Shown in pieces: positions 19,631 to 28,350 of a stretch of DNA of 64,000 bases; the stretch's first letter is position 1, and each line of letters begins with the position of its first letter. The stretch is taken from positions 50,308-114,307 of the forward strand of contig CAWGOX010000010.1 in assembly GCA_963824315.1 (NCBI GenBank), read 5' to 3'. Made by a program: the position numbers and the translations under genes. Under the pieces are notes generated by a model that was not told where the DNA came from, did no database searches, and was given only the letters and a program-made list of their open reading frames with translations. The stretch comes from an uncultured Acidobacteriaceae bacterium. GTDB lineage: Bacteria; Acidobacteriota; Terriglobia; Terriglobales; Acidobacteriaceae.

Positions 19631-21415
19631 ATGCACGACATGGCGGCGCATGCGGCGCAACATCATACGGCTCCGACAAGTTTCATCCGGAAGCACGTGT
19701 TCAGCCTGGATCACAAAGTAATCGGCAAGCAGTATTACGCCTTGGCGCTGGTCGCTGCTCTGGTGGGAATGGCGCTTTCGTGGCTGATGCGAATCCATTT
19801 GGCTTGGAACAGCGCTGCCATTCCTGGACTGCAATTGCTCTCGAAGACCGGCGCCCCCGGCGGAGTGATGACTCCGGAATACTACCTCCAACTGATGACC
19901 ATGCACGGCACGATCATGGTCTTCTTTGTGCTTACGACGGCGCCGTTCGCGGCGTTCGGCAATTATTTTCTGCCCATCCAGGTCGGCGCAGAGGACATGC
20001 CCTTCCCCCGTTTCAACATGATGTCCTTCTGGGTCACGTTTACGGCGTTCCTGGTGTTGGTGTCGTCATTCTTTATCGGAGACGGTCCGACACTGGGAGG
20101 ATGGACGCAATACGCTCCGCTGAATTCAGTGGGCTCGGTTGCAGGTCCGGGACAGGGAGCCGGCGTAATTCTGTGGATGATATCCATCGCGCTATTTTGC
20201 GTTGGACAGTTGCTGGGCTCGTTGAACTTTATTACGACGACGCTGGATCTTCGAGTCAAAGGCATGAGCCTGATGCGACTGCCGCTGACTGCTTGGGCAT
20301 GGTTCATTACTTCTTGCATGGGGCTAACGGCGTTTGCAGTACTCATGCCAGCGTGCATTCTCGTCATTCTCGATCACGTCGCGGGAACCAGTTTCTTCGT
20401 CGCATCGAATCTCGTGATCAACGATCAGCTGCAGCCGCACTCTGGTGGATCCACACTGCTCTGGCAGCATCTTTTCTGGTTCTTTGGACATCCCGAGGTT
20501 TACATTGCGATCGTGCCGGGCATCGGAATCGTTTCCCACATTCTGATCACCAGCATGCGCAAGCCGATGCTGAGCCAGCGCGTACTTATTTATTGCATGG
20601 GCGCTCTCGCGGTGCTCAGCTACATGGTGTACGGGCATCACATGTTTGTCAGCGGCATGAATCCTTATTCGGCGCTGGCATTTTCGTTTCCGACCTTGGT
20701 GATCACGATCCCGGCCACGATTACGGTGTTGATCTGGGTCTTTAGTTTGTACGGATCCAAGTTACGCATCAATTCAGCTTCGTTATTTTCGCTGGGATTT
20801 ATTTCGATGTTCGTCAGTGGCGGCGTCAGCGGATTCTTTCTGGCGCAGCCTTCGATCGACATTCAGTTGCATGGTACATACTTCGTCGTCGGCCACTTCC
20901 ACATGGTTATGGGCGTGGCTGCGATGTTCGGCATCTTCGCTGGAACTTATTTTTGGTTCCCGAAAATGGCTGGGCGCATGATGAGCGAGACTCTCGGCAA
21001 ACTTCATTTCTGGCTGAGCTTCGTAGGGACTTACTGTATCTTCATGCCATTCCATTATTTGGGGATGGTTGGAAACGTCCGTCGCTACGCATCGTTCGTG
21101 GACGACTATTTGCAACCGTTGATTCCGGTACATCGCTACATCACGATCGCAGCGCTTTTGACCGGCGCGGCACAGCTGATTTTTGTCTACAACCTTATTC
21201 ACAGCCGCTTCTGGGGCAAGCCCGCTCCGGATAATCCGTGGGAAGCGACTTCGCTGGAGTGGAGCACGGCTACGCCGCCTCCGTTTGATAATTTCGGCGG
21301 CAAACATCCCGTGGTGTATCACGATCCGTATCAGTACGGGGTCAAGAGTTCAGTGGGTGATTACGTGATGCAGACTTCGCCGGAGCAAGTTGCGACCGAC
21401 CACGATGAGAAGTGA
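19631..21415 (+). CDS. coxA: cytochrome c oxidase subunit I (A-family heme-copper oxidase)
   Basis: WFFGHPEVYI, GHHMFVSGM, HFHMVMG and 12 or more transmembrane segments. Confidence 0.95.
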   Translation: MHDMAAHAAQHHTAPTSFIRKHVFSLDHKVIGKQYYALALVAALVGMALSWLMRIHLAWNSAAIPGLQLLSKTGAPGGVMTPEYYLQLMTMHGTIMVFFVLTTAPFAAFGNYFLPIQVGAEDMPFPRFNMMSFWVTFTAFLVLVSSFFIGDGPTLGGWTQYAPLNSVGSVAGPGQGAGVILWMISIALFCVGQLLGSLNFITTTLDLRVKGMSLMRLPLTAWAWFITSCMGLTAFAVLMPACILVILDHVAGTSFFVASNLVINDQLQPHSGGSTLLWQHLFWFFGHPEVYIAIVPGIGIVSHILITSMRKPMLSQRVLIYCMGALAVLSYMVYGHHMFVSGMNPYSALAFSFPTLVITIPATITVLIWVFSLYGSKLRINSASLFSLGFISMFVSGGVSGFFLAQPSIDIQLHGTYFVVGHFHMVMGVAAMFGIFAGTYFWFPKMAGRMMSETLGKLHFWLSFVGTYCIFMPFHYLGMVGNVRRYASFVDDYLQPLIPVHRYITIAALLTGAAQLIFVYNLIHSRFWGKPAPDNPWEATSLEWSTATPPPFDNFGGKHPVVYHDPYQYGVKSSVGDYVMQTSPEQVATDHDEK

Positions 21416-21451
21416 TTTAACTAACTAGTTAGTTAAATGAATTAATTTCCT

Positions 21452-22141
21452 ATGGCAACTACAGTACATGAACCGCCCAAGATCGACTCCAGCCGTTTGC
21501 CTGATGCTCAGCGTTCGGATCGAATTACGGATAATGGCGGTTGGCGAAATCTGGTTCCGGCGGGAGGAGACGTCCGGACCGCGTTCAAATATTCTCCGCC
21601 GCCATCCGCTACCGGCATCTGGGTCGTGATTTTTGCGATCACGATGATGTTCGCGGCGTTCACGAGCGCGTTGTTTGTGCGCAAGGGATCGTCTCTAGAC
21701 TGGCAGGGCTTTACGTTGCCGCCGATCCTCTATTTCAACACCCTGCTGCTTGTTGCCAGCGGAGTCACGTTGGAAATCGCGCGTCGTCGCGTGGCTACAT
21801 TCATGGGCGGTGTGAGGAGTCAGTTGGAAAGTCCTGCGCGATGGTTGTACATCACTTTGGCGCTAGGCCTACTCTTCGTGGCCGGACAGTATGTCGCCTG
21901 GTCTCAGTTGAGAGCCCGCGGACTCTATCTGGCAACGAATCCCAGCAGTTCATTTTTCTATGTACTGACTGTTACTCACGTCCTGCACGTTTTAGGTGGA
22001 CTCGGCGGACTGCTGTATGTGATCCGCAAGCTGAGTAAGTCGAACCTGCGAAGAAGCCAACTCGACGCGACGGCTCGCTACTGGCATTTTATGGGTGGGC
22101 TTTGGATTTACCTGCTCTTGCTGTTATGGGTGAAGCTTTAG
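21452..22141 (+). CDS. coxC: heme-copper oxidase subunit III family protein (copy 1)
   Basis: Multi-transmembrane protein with FFYVLTVTHVLHVLGG and ARYWHFMGGLWIYL, which are subunit III signatures. Confidence 0.85.
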   Translation: MATTVHEPPKIDSSRLPDAQRSDRITDNGGWRNLVPAGGDVRTAFKYSPPPSATGIWVVIFAITMMFAAFTSALFVRKGSSLDWQGFTLPPILYFNTLLLVASGVTLEIARRRVATFMGGVRSQLESPARWLYITLALGLLFVAGQYVAWSQLRARGLYLATNPSSSFFYVLTVTHVLHVLGGLGGLLYVIRKLSKSNLRRSQLDATARYWHFMGGLWIYLLLLLWVKL

Positions 22142-22191
22142 CAGATTGAATATTTCGTGATGGATCGTTTGACTGAGTAACGGGAGGCGAT

Positions 22192-22812
22192 GTGAGCCAA
22201 GCGGATTTGACCATGGAAACGCACGGGACCGGACTGATGGTAGGTCCCGCGTTTTCTATTCCTACGAAAAAGCTGGCGATGTGGCTGTTCATCATCGCCG
22301 ACACGATGACATTCGCGGCGTGTCTCGTGGCTTACGGATTCGTGCGCAATGGCTCTCCGAATTGGCCACGGCCATTCCACAGCATCCTCAACGTGTCGCT
22401 GATGACTTTTATTCTGCTGACGAGCAGCTTAACGATGCTACTGGGAGTGCGGGCGGCGAGGTTGGGTGACAAAGCGGCCGCGTTCCGCTGGACGATGATT
22501 ACGGCGGCGGCGGGAATTCTATTCGCGTTGCTACATATCAGAGAATGGATGGGGCTGATCGACGAAGGCATGACGATGTTCAAGAATCCCTGGGGCACTG
22601 GACTCTTCGGCGCATCGTTCTTCACGGTTACTGGCTTGCACCTTACACACGTTACCGGCGGCATTATCGCGCTGATCGTTGTAGGGCTTCGCTACAGGGG
22701 TGGACGCTATAACGCGGACGATATCGAAATCCTCGGTCTGTACTGGCACTTCGTAGATCTGGTGTGGATGTTCGTTGTGCCGTTGGTCTACCTGTTGAAT
22801 CTTGCACACTAG
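22192..22812 (+). CDS. coxC: heme-copper oxidase subunit III family protein (copy 2)
   Basis: GTG start 4 nt after GGGAGG. Contains FFTVTGLHLTHVTGG and GLYWHFVDLVWMFV. Confidence 0.85.
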   Translation: MSQADLTMETHGTGLMVGPAFSIPTKKLAMWLFIIADTMTFAACLVAYGFVRNGSPNWPRPFHSILNVSLMTFILLTSSLTMLLGVRAARLGDKAAAFRWTMITAAAGILFALLHIREWMGLIDEGMTMFKNPWGTGLFGASFFTVTGLHLTHVTGGIIALIVVGLRYRGGRYNADDIEILGLYWHFVDLVWMFVVPLVYLLNLAH

Positions 22813-22847
22813 ATTGGAAGAGTTTGGAAAAGTCAGGAGCGAAGGCC

Positions 22848-23171
22848 ATGGCAACGACACAAGCGCAAAACGGGACCGCTGAGGGAATTGGAAAAATTCT
22901 CTTTATCTATATTTGTCTGTTGGTGTTGGCTGGTTTGCAATTTGTAATCGCCTACCAAAATATTGATACGTCGCAAATGTTGATGCGGATGATGACGGTT
23001 GCGATCATCGAAGCTGGATTGGCGGGCATGTTCTTCATGCACTTGTGGTCCGAAAAGCGCGGTTTTATGCTCTTTGTAGTGGTATTTACGGTTTTTGTTC
23101 TTCTAGCGATGCAATACGGATGGACCGATAGTTCGAGGATGGTGGTGGGAGCGCCGTTTTCAAAGTTATGA
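22848..23171 (+). CDS. coxD: prokaryotic cytochrome oxidase subunit IV-like small membrane protein
   Basis: ATG at 22848 lies 8 nt after AGGAG. Three transmembrane segments and a GMFFMHLW motif typical of the COX4_pro family. The track ORF start at 22764 overlaps coxC and lacks a ribosome-binding site. Confidence 0.65.
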   Translation: MATTQAQNGTAEGIGKILFIYICLLVLAGLQFVIAYQNIDTSQMLMRMMTVAIIEAGLAGMFFMHLWSEKRGFMLFVVVFTVFVLLAMQYGWTDSSRMVVGAPFSKL

Positions 23172-23452
23172 CGCCGCGAATCTACAAGCAGACGTTGTCG
23201 CAAATGCTGTTCCGAACTCGGTTAATGAAGGTTGTGCTCGCCGGGCTGACCCTCCTCGCTTCCTCGCTTCCAGCTTTCTCACAAGGTTGCGCGCTGTGCT
23301 ACACGTCAGCGGCTTCCTCGGGCAATCGAATGATTCAGGCACTGCAAAGTGGAATTCTGATTTTGATCGTCCCACCAACACTCATGTCTGTCTTGATGAT
23401 TTTTATCGTGTATCGGAAACGCAATCAGTTTCGTAACGACGATGCTTCGTAG
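23168..23452 (+). CDS. small secreted/membrane-anchored CxxC protein, function unknown
   Basis: ATGA overlap with the coxD stop codon. Signal-like MKVVLAGLTLLASSLPAFS-QG, then CALC, then one C-terminal transmembrane segment (ILILIVPPTLMSVLMIFIVY) followed by RKRNQ. Confidence 0.5.
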   Translation: MTPRIYKQTLSQMLFRTRLMKVVLAGLTLLASSLPAFSQGCALCYTSAASSGNRMIQALQSGILILIVPPTLMSVLMIFIVYRKRNQFRNDDAS

Positions 23453-23472
23453 ATGCTAGCGATGGGTAAAAT

Positions 23473-24861
23473 CTAAAAGAGTAACTTTCCACTATTTGAA
23501 TTCTGCTCGATGTATTTCTTGCTGTTGAATTTCTTTCCAGTGCTGGCGCCTGACATGTAGCGAATCAGCCCAAAGATAGGGCGATCAAACCAGGGCCGGT
23601 CGAATTTTCCTACGATTGACCACGCAATTCCCGCGTAGCCGTTGGGATCGCGGCCATCGAGTTCGTATTTATCATTGAGTTGTACAGCAATCTGATACGC
23701 CTGCGCTGCTGACGGGCTCCATTCCAGAATTTTTTTCGCCCAGTACATCCGCAGGTAGTTGTGCATCCAGCCAGTGTTCGTCATCTGACTTTGAGCCGCA
23801 TTCCAAAGTTCATCGTGAGTTTCGGCGTGCTCCAATTGCTGCTCGCTATAGAGAACGGGACGATCATCGTTCGCGTGCGCTGCCAAAGTACGATGGGCCC
23901 ACGGTTCTCCGCATTCAAAATTGTCGTAGTTAGGATTGAAGCGAACCAGGTTCACCGCCAGTTCCCGCCACGTAATGATTTGGTTTAGGAACGCCTCTTT
24001 GTCTTCTTTCGGAGCGTCGGCCTTTTCGACGGCCAGCGCAACCGTGATCGGACTGATATGTCCGAAGTGCAGATACGGCGAGAGGCGGCTGGTTCCGCTC
24101 AGCTCTGGTTTGTTGCGGAGGGTCGCGTAGGATTGCAATCCGTTCTTAAGAAAGTTATCCAATAATCGCAGAGCCTCTTTTGTGCCGCCGCGAAAGCCCG
24201 AGACTGGACCCACTGAAGTATCGAGCGGCCAATTCTGGGTGATATCAAATCCGGTATCAAGCGATTGAATTTCTGCGGGCTGATGCCATGCAACTTTCGC
24301 TTTCACGGTTGGGGATGCCACCAAAAAGCGCCCGAGCAACGCCTGCAATCGTGGTCGGATGATATGCGCTGCGTATTGTTCTTTCTGGAGTAGGTAGGAG
24401 GGCACGATAACGTCCGCGTCCACTGTCCACAAGGGCAGCACTAGCTTTGTTGCAGCCTTGCGCCGCCACGAGTCGAGCTCACGCATCGGATTCTCATCAC
24501 CGATCACGAGGGCAGCATTTACTTCTGTGCAGAATTTGATCAGGCTGTGTTCGGGGAACCGCCGCAGAATGAATCCGATGTTTCGCCGCTCTAGAGCTTC
24601 GGCGATGTCCGGAATGCCTTCGTTCAGGAAGCGATAGTGGCGCAGGTTGGCGTGGGGATAATAGGGGACGGGCGCGAAGAAAACGACCACTGGCTTTCCC
24701 AGTGCATTAGCGGCTTCGACCGCAACATCGAGCGCAGGATTATCCAAACCGCGCTGTGCCCGCTGCATCCAGTACACGACACAAGTGCCGTTGGGGGACG
24801 GAGGTCCTGAGCGCCGCACGGTCACGCGCGGATCGCTAGCCAGTCGACTTAGATCGTCCAA
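23473..24861 (-). CDS. phr: deoxyribodipyrimidine photolyase, class II CPD type
   Basis: VVYWMQRAQRGLDNPAL at the N-terminus. FAD-domain motifs SRLSPYLHFGHISP and WMHNYLRMYWAKKILEW, plus the C-terminal GLIRYMS. This pattern fits class II rather than class I photolyases. Confidence 0.9.
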   Translation of the reverse strand: MDDLSRLASDPRVTVRRSGPPSPNGTCVVYWMQRAQRGLDNPALDVAVEAANALGKPVVVFFAPVPYYPHANLRHYRFLNEGIPDIAEALERRNIGFILRRFPEHSLIKFCTEVNAALVIGDENPMRELDSWRRKAATKLVLPLWTVDADVIVPSYLLQKEQYAAHIIRPRLQALLGRFLVASPTVKAKVAWHQPAEIQSLDTGFDITQNWPLDTSVGPVSGFRGGTKEALRLLDNFLKNGLQSYATLRNKPELSGTSRLSPYLHFGHISPITVALAVEKADAPKEDKEAFLNQIITWRELAVNLVRFNPNYDNFECGEPWAHRTLAAHANDDRPVLYSEQQLEHAETHDELWNAAQSQMTNTGWMHNYLRMYWAKKILEWSPSAAQAYQIAVQLNDKYELDGRDPNGYAGIAWSIVGKFDRPWFDRPIFGLIRYMSGASTGKKFNSKKYIEQNSNSGKLLF

Positions 24862-24899
24862 TGAAAGCCATCCATTTGAAGTTCTTCAGGATATTCAGA

Positions 24900-25142
24900 T
24901 CACATCAACCAGGATGGCGCGACTTTCGATGCAGAGCCAATGACAATCTCGTCAAATTCGGCTCGGTTCATCTGAGTCAGGACTGCCTCAGCGTCGGTCG
25001 CTTCGCGTCTCACTCGTGCTGTTCGGAGCAGGTCGTTTAACAATCCCAAGCGACGGGTGAGATCAAGGATCAGCTCGATCCGTTGCTGGGTGGTCATTTC
25101 GCCCGCCAACTCAATTTGTGGAACTACCGGCTTTGCAAACAT
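24900..25142 (-). CDS. hypothetical protein (80 aa)
   Basis: An ORF that exactly fills the gap between the cfa-like gene and phr on the same strand. I recognise no motif. Confidence 0.35.
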   Translation of the reverse strand: MFAKPVVPQIELAGEMTTQQRIELILDLTRRLGLLNDLLRTARVRREATDAEAVLTQMNRAEFDEIVIGSASKVAPSWLM

Positions 25143-25312
25143 GAGTCACCCTTTCGCGAACACTTTTCAACTCATCCGATTTAACAGTAGATCAACCGCT
25201 CTTCACTAAGAATCAAATACTCAAAGGCTGTCGCTCTGGTTTGAATCACGCGACAATAAGTGGGGTGCCAATTGCTTTTGGAGAAAACACCTCCAGCGGC
25301 ATTCACCGCTCT

Positions 25313-26422
25313 TCAGTTGCGAAACACGTAGTGCGATACGAGCCATTCCTGGCCTCCGCGGTAACCCCATAGTTCCGCGCAAGCCATGAAAAAGACGCGC
25401 CAGTGGACGAACCAACGAAGAGTTTCTGCTTTCGCTTGTTTCAACGGAAGCCTTTTAGCATAGGTCTCAGCGAAAAGATCAAGTATCTCCGGGCGATTCG
25501 CGTCCATGTTGTTAAGCCAGGCTTCGGCAGTCTTTTGGTAGTGAGTACCGTTCACTTGCCAATGGTTTTGTAATCGCAAATCGCGCTGGAAATACAAGAG
25601 CAAATCGTCGCTCGGCATGATCCCGCCTGTAAAGAAATGGCGAGCCATCCAATCGCTTTCATCTTTAATGTCGAAGGGATAAGCAAACCGCGCATTCGTA
25701 AAAATGTGGACGAAGAGTTTGGCACCCGGTCGCATCCATGAAGAAATACGCTGTAGCAACATTTCGTAATTCCGCATGTGTTCAAACATTTCGACTGAGA
25801 CCACGCGATCAAATTTCGCGGCCGCTTCGAAGTCGTTCATGTCTGCGGTGAGGACGGTCAGGTTATCGAGACATCGCGCCTTGGCTTGGGCATCGATGAA
25901 CCGCTTTTGGGAAGAAGAATTGGAAACGCTGACAATGGTGGATTGAGGAAAGCGTTCCGCCATCGACAGAGAGAGCGATCCCCATCCGCAGCCGAGTTCA
26001 AGCACTCGCTGACCGTTGGCCAATTCCGCGCGTTCCATGGTGAGAGAGAGCATCGCTGCTTCCGCTTGATCCAGGGTAGTGGTACCGTCCTGCCATAGTG
26101 CGGAGCTGTACTTCAGGTGCTTGCCAAGTGCTAATTCGAAAAAGCGTGCAGGGACTTCGTAGTGCTGAGCGTTCGCAGCCGCAGTTTCAATCGCGATTGG
26201 CCCGTTCTTTAACTCCTGAATGAATTGCATCAAATGGGACTGCTGCATTTCCGGTGAGGCTTTGGTCTCGTCCCGCAAACGTTGACGCAGCAGACGTCGT
26301 ATGCCGGCGCGGATCAGCAAATCGGGAACCAAGTCGCGCTCGAGTAAAGCGAGGTCCCATGAACTTTCTCCCGCTCGAGAATGCGCCGATGTGGTCCGTG
26401 TCATCGTTTGTGTGTCGTTCAT
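25313..26422 (-). CDS. cyclopropane-fatty-acyl-phospholipid synthase family SAM-dependent methyltransferase
   Basis: [24 protein letters not shown], the SAM motif [11 protein letters not shown], and the FEHM and [12 protein letters not shown]-terminal signatures of the CFA synthase / mycolic acid methyltransferase family. Confidence 0.85.
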   Translation of the reverse strand: MNDTQTMTRTTSAHSRAGESSWDLALLERDLVPDLLIRAGIRRLLRQRLRDETKASPEMQQSHLMQFIQELKNGPIAIETAAANAQHYEVPARFFELALGKHLKYSSALWQDGTTTLDQAEAAMLSLTMERAELANGQRVLELGCGWGSLSLSMAERFPQSTIVSVSNSSSQKRFIDAQAKARCLDNLTVLTADMNDFEAAAKFDRVVSVEMFEHMRNYEMLLQRISSWMRPGAKLFVHIFTNARFAYPFDIKDESDWMARHFFTGGIMPSDDLLLYFQRDLRLQNHWQVNGTHYQKTAEAWLNNMDANRPEILDLFAETYAKRLPLKQAKAETLRWFVHWRVFFMACAELWGYRGGQEWLVSHYVFRN

Positions 26423-26461
26423 ATCGCAATGCCTTTCATGGCGATCATTGAAGAAGAGGGA

Positions 26462-27085
26462 TTACTTGTGGTCTTGGGTGAGCGCTGCGCTTAGACTCGC
26501 GGCCTTGGCTTCATCGAAGATGCCTTGCGATCTCCACAAGACGTCGCCATTCCGATTGACCAGAAATTCGTAGATCGTCTTTTGATCATCGATAAGAAGC
26601 GCTTCGCAAAACGGCTTCTTATCCAGATATAAAGTGATGGTGCGTTCGCGTGCATTGCGATCTGGTATGCCTCGCCGCATGCCGCTATCAATGAACCAGC
26701 GTGTGAGGGCCATCGGCCTCTCGATCGTGGGCAACTCGTAATATTGAAAGTTCAGACGACCCGAGCCTTGGTTCAGATTTTCGAATCGTTTCATTTCTCG
26801 GAGCCAGGTATCGACATCTTTTTGCTGCTCTCGCTCGAAGGCCACCAAGAGAAGATTGTTGTCGCCTTCGAAATCGGTGGGCAAATTGAAAGAACGTTTT
26901 TCGAGGTTGGATGCCGTTAGGGTGGGGAAGTGCCCCATCCGACGGCTCTCCGTCGATGCCACGGCCATGGTTCCTCCAAAATACAGCGTTAGCGTGAAAA
27001 TAATAGTCGTTATAACGACTATTATTGTGGTAGCCGCGACTTGTCTATCCTGCTTCCTTATGGTCGATAGCAGATGTTTGCTCAC
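26462..27085 (-). CDS. membrane-anchored hypothetical protein
   Basis: N-terminal transmembrane segment (ATTIIVVITTIIFTLTLYFGG). ATGA-type 4-nt overlap with the upstream DUF1295 gene. No recognised catalytic motif. Confidence 0.5.
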   Translation of the reverse strand: MSKHLLSTIRKQDRQVAATTIIVVITTIIFTLTLYFGGTMAVASTESRRMGHFPTLTASNLEKRSFNLPTDFEGDNNLLLVAFEREQQKDVDTWLREMKRFENLNQGSGRLNFQYYELPTIERPMALTRWFIDSGMRRGIPDRNARERTITLYLDKKPFCEALLIDDQKTIYEFLVNRNGDVLWRSQGIFDEAKAASLSAALTQDHK

Positions 27086-27873
27086 GCTGCTGACTTCCTA
27101 AACCATGGGACAAAGGCGCTCGTGGTCTGCTGATAGCGACGGTAGGCATCGCCCTTGCTGCGTAGCGCCTGCGCTTCGGTCGCGGGAATTCCAGTCACAC
27201 GAAAGAGGAAATAGAACATCAGCAACGGGCAGATGATGGCGAGCCATCCATAAGGAGAGGCAATGGCAAAAACTGCCCATGCCAGCCACACCAGCCACTC
27301 GAAGAAATAGTTTGGGTGCCGCGAATACTTCCAGAGTCCGCGTTGACAGACTTGTCCATTGGACGACGGATCGCGCTTGAAAGCTGCGAGTTGTGCATCG
27401 GCGATCGCTTCGCCAGCGATTGCTACCAACCAAATCGCGACGCCCACGTATTCAAGTGGCGACATCGTCGGCGCGGGATTCAGCGCAGCCATCAGGAAGG
27501 GAAGCGAGAGTACCACGTCGAGCAGTCCCTGGAATTCGAAGAACAGTAAGAACTTGAGTGGGAGGTTCGTCTTCCACTGTCGGCGCAGTTCCTGATAGCG
27601 GCCTTCTTCGGGTTCACCGACAATGCGCACCAGCAAATGAATACCGAGGCGGATTCCCCAAACCGCAGCCATCCCTGCCATCAACCATTTGCGCGCTACG
27701 AAGCCGGAACCGAGCACTGCATAGGTGACGGCTAATAGCGGTACGCCGAATGCCCATCCGGGATCAACGACGCTGGCGTTGTTAGTCCGCAGATGAACGA
27801 GCCATAGCACGAACATCATCGCCAGTACGAGCGCAGCGCCTGGCAGAACGAGATGGAGAACGGAATGGAGCAT
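27082..27873 (-). CDS. DUF1295 family membrane protein (steroid 5-alpha-reductase / ICMT-like fold)
   Basis: Polytopic membrane protein with the C-terminal RGLWKYSRHPNYFFEWLVWLAWA motif characteristic of DUF1295. Confidence 0.8.
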   Translation of the reverse strand: MLHSVLHLVLPGAALVLAMMFVLWLVHLRTNNASVVDPGWAFGVPLLAVTYAVLGSGFVARKWLMAGMAAVWGIRLGIHLLVRIVGEPEEGRYQELRRQWKTNLPLKFLLFFEFQGLLDVVLSLPFLMAALNPAPTMSPLEYVGVAIWLVAIAGEAIADAQLAAFKRDPSSNGQVCQRGLWKYSRHPNYFFEWLVWLAWAVFAIASPYGWLAIICPLLMFYFLFRVTGIPATEAQALRSKGDAYRRYQQTTSAFVPWFRKSAA

Positions 27874-27920
27874 CTAAAACCCAAGAATGCACTAGCGTAG
27901 CGGTATCAATGTCACAAACT

Positions 27921-28262
27921 CTAACGCCCGACTTTCAGAACTAGATCAGAAAGTGGCTCTTCCGATCTCAACTTAAAAAGTTGGAGGAGCACGTAACCTG
28001 ACATCGCGATATTTCCCAACGACATGATCAGGACAAACCAAACTACTTTTGCGAGCAGTCCGCGTTCTTTAAAACAGACCCAGACAAAAAATGTAAGAAA
28101 TCCAAAGTAGGCATCAAACAATGTCGCGACTGCCCAAGGGCTATCGCTCCAGCTAAATTCCGATCCGGCCAGCCGCAGGGGCTTGTGCAGGCTGACGTAG
28201 GAAGTCATGACAATCATCCAAATGAAAATGGCACCGAAGATGATTTTCAAAAATAGCCGCAT
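27921..28262 (-). CDS. small integral membrane protein, DUF1475-like
   Basis: Four predicted transmembrane segments. PWAVATLFDAYFGFLTFFVWV resembles DUF1475. The family name is from memory. Confidence 0.55.
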   Translation of the reverse strand: MRLFLKIIFGAIFIWMIVMTSYVSLHKPLRLAGSEFSWSDSPWAVATLFDAYFGFLTFFVWVCFKERGLLAKVVWFVLIMSLGNIAMSGYVLLQLFKLRSEEPLSDLVLKVGR

Positions 28263-28350
28263 AAGTTCTCAGTCCCTATTCCGAATCAAGTACGGGGATA
28301 CCCACTAATAAGTACGTCCGTGAGCGAGCTGCGGATTGTTCCCGGAAACG

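Noticed and set aside
19621-20745. 374-aa alternative-frame ORF overlapping coxA
   Set aside because: coxA in the 19631 frame has all the heme-copper oxidase signatures. The alternate frame is Arg/Gly/His-rich nonsense.
21452-22812. The two adjacent subunit III genes as a possible assembly duplication
   Set aside because: The two proteins differ in length (229 versus 206 aa) and in sequence. They are distinct paralogs, and I believe such pairs are found in some bacterial aa3-type clusters (from memory), so this is not an artifact.
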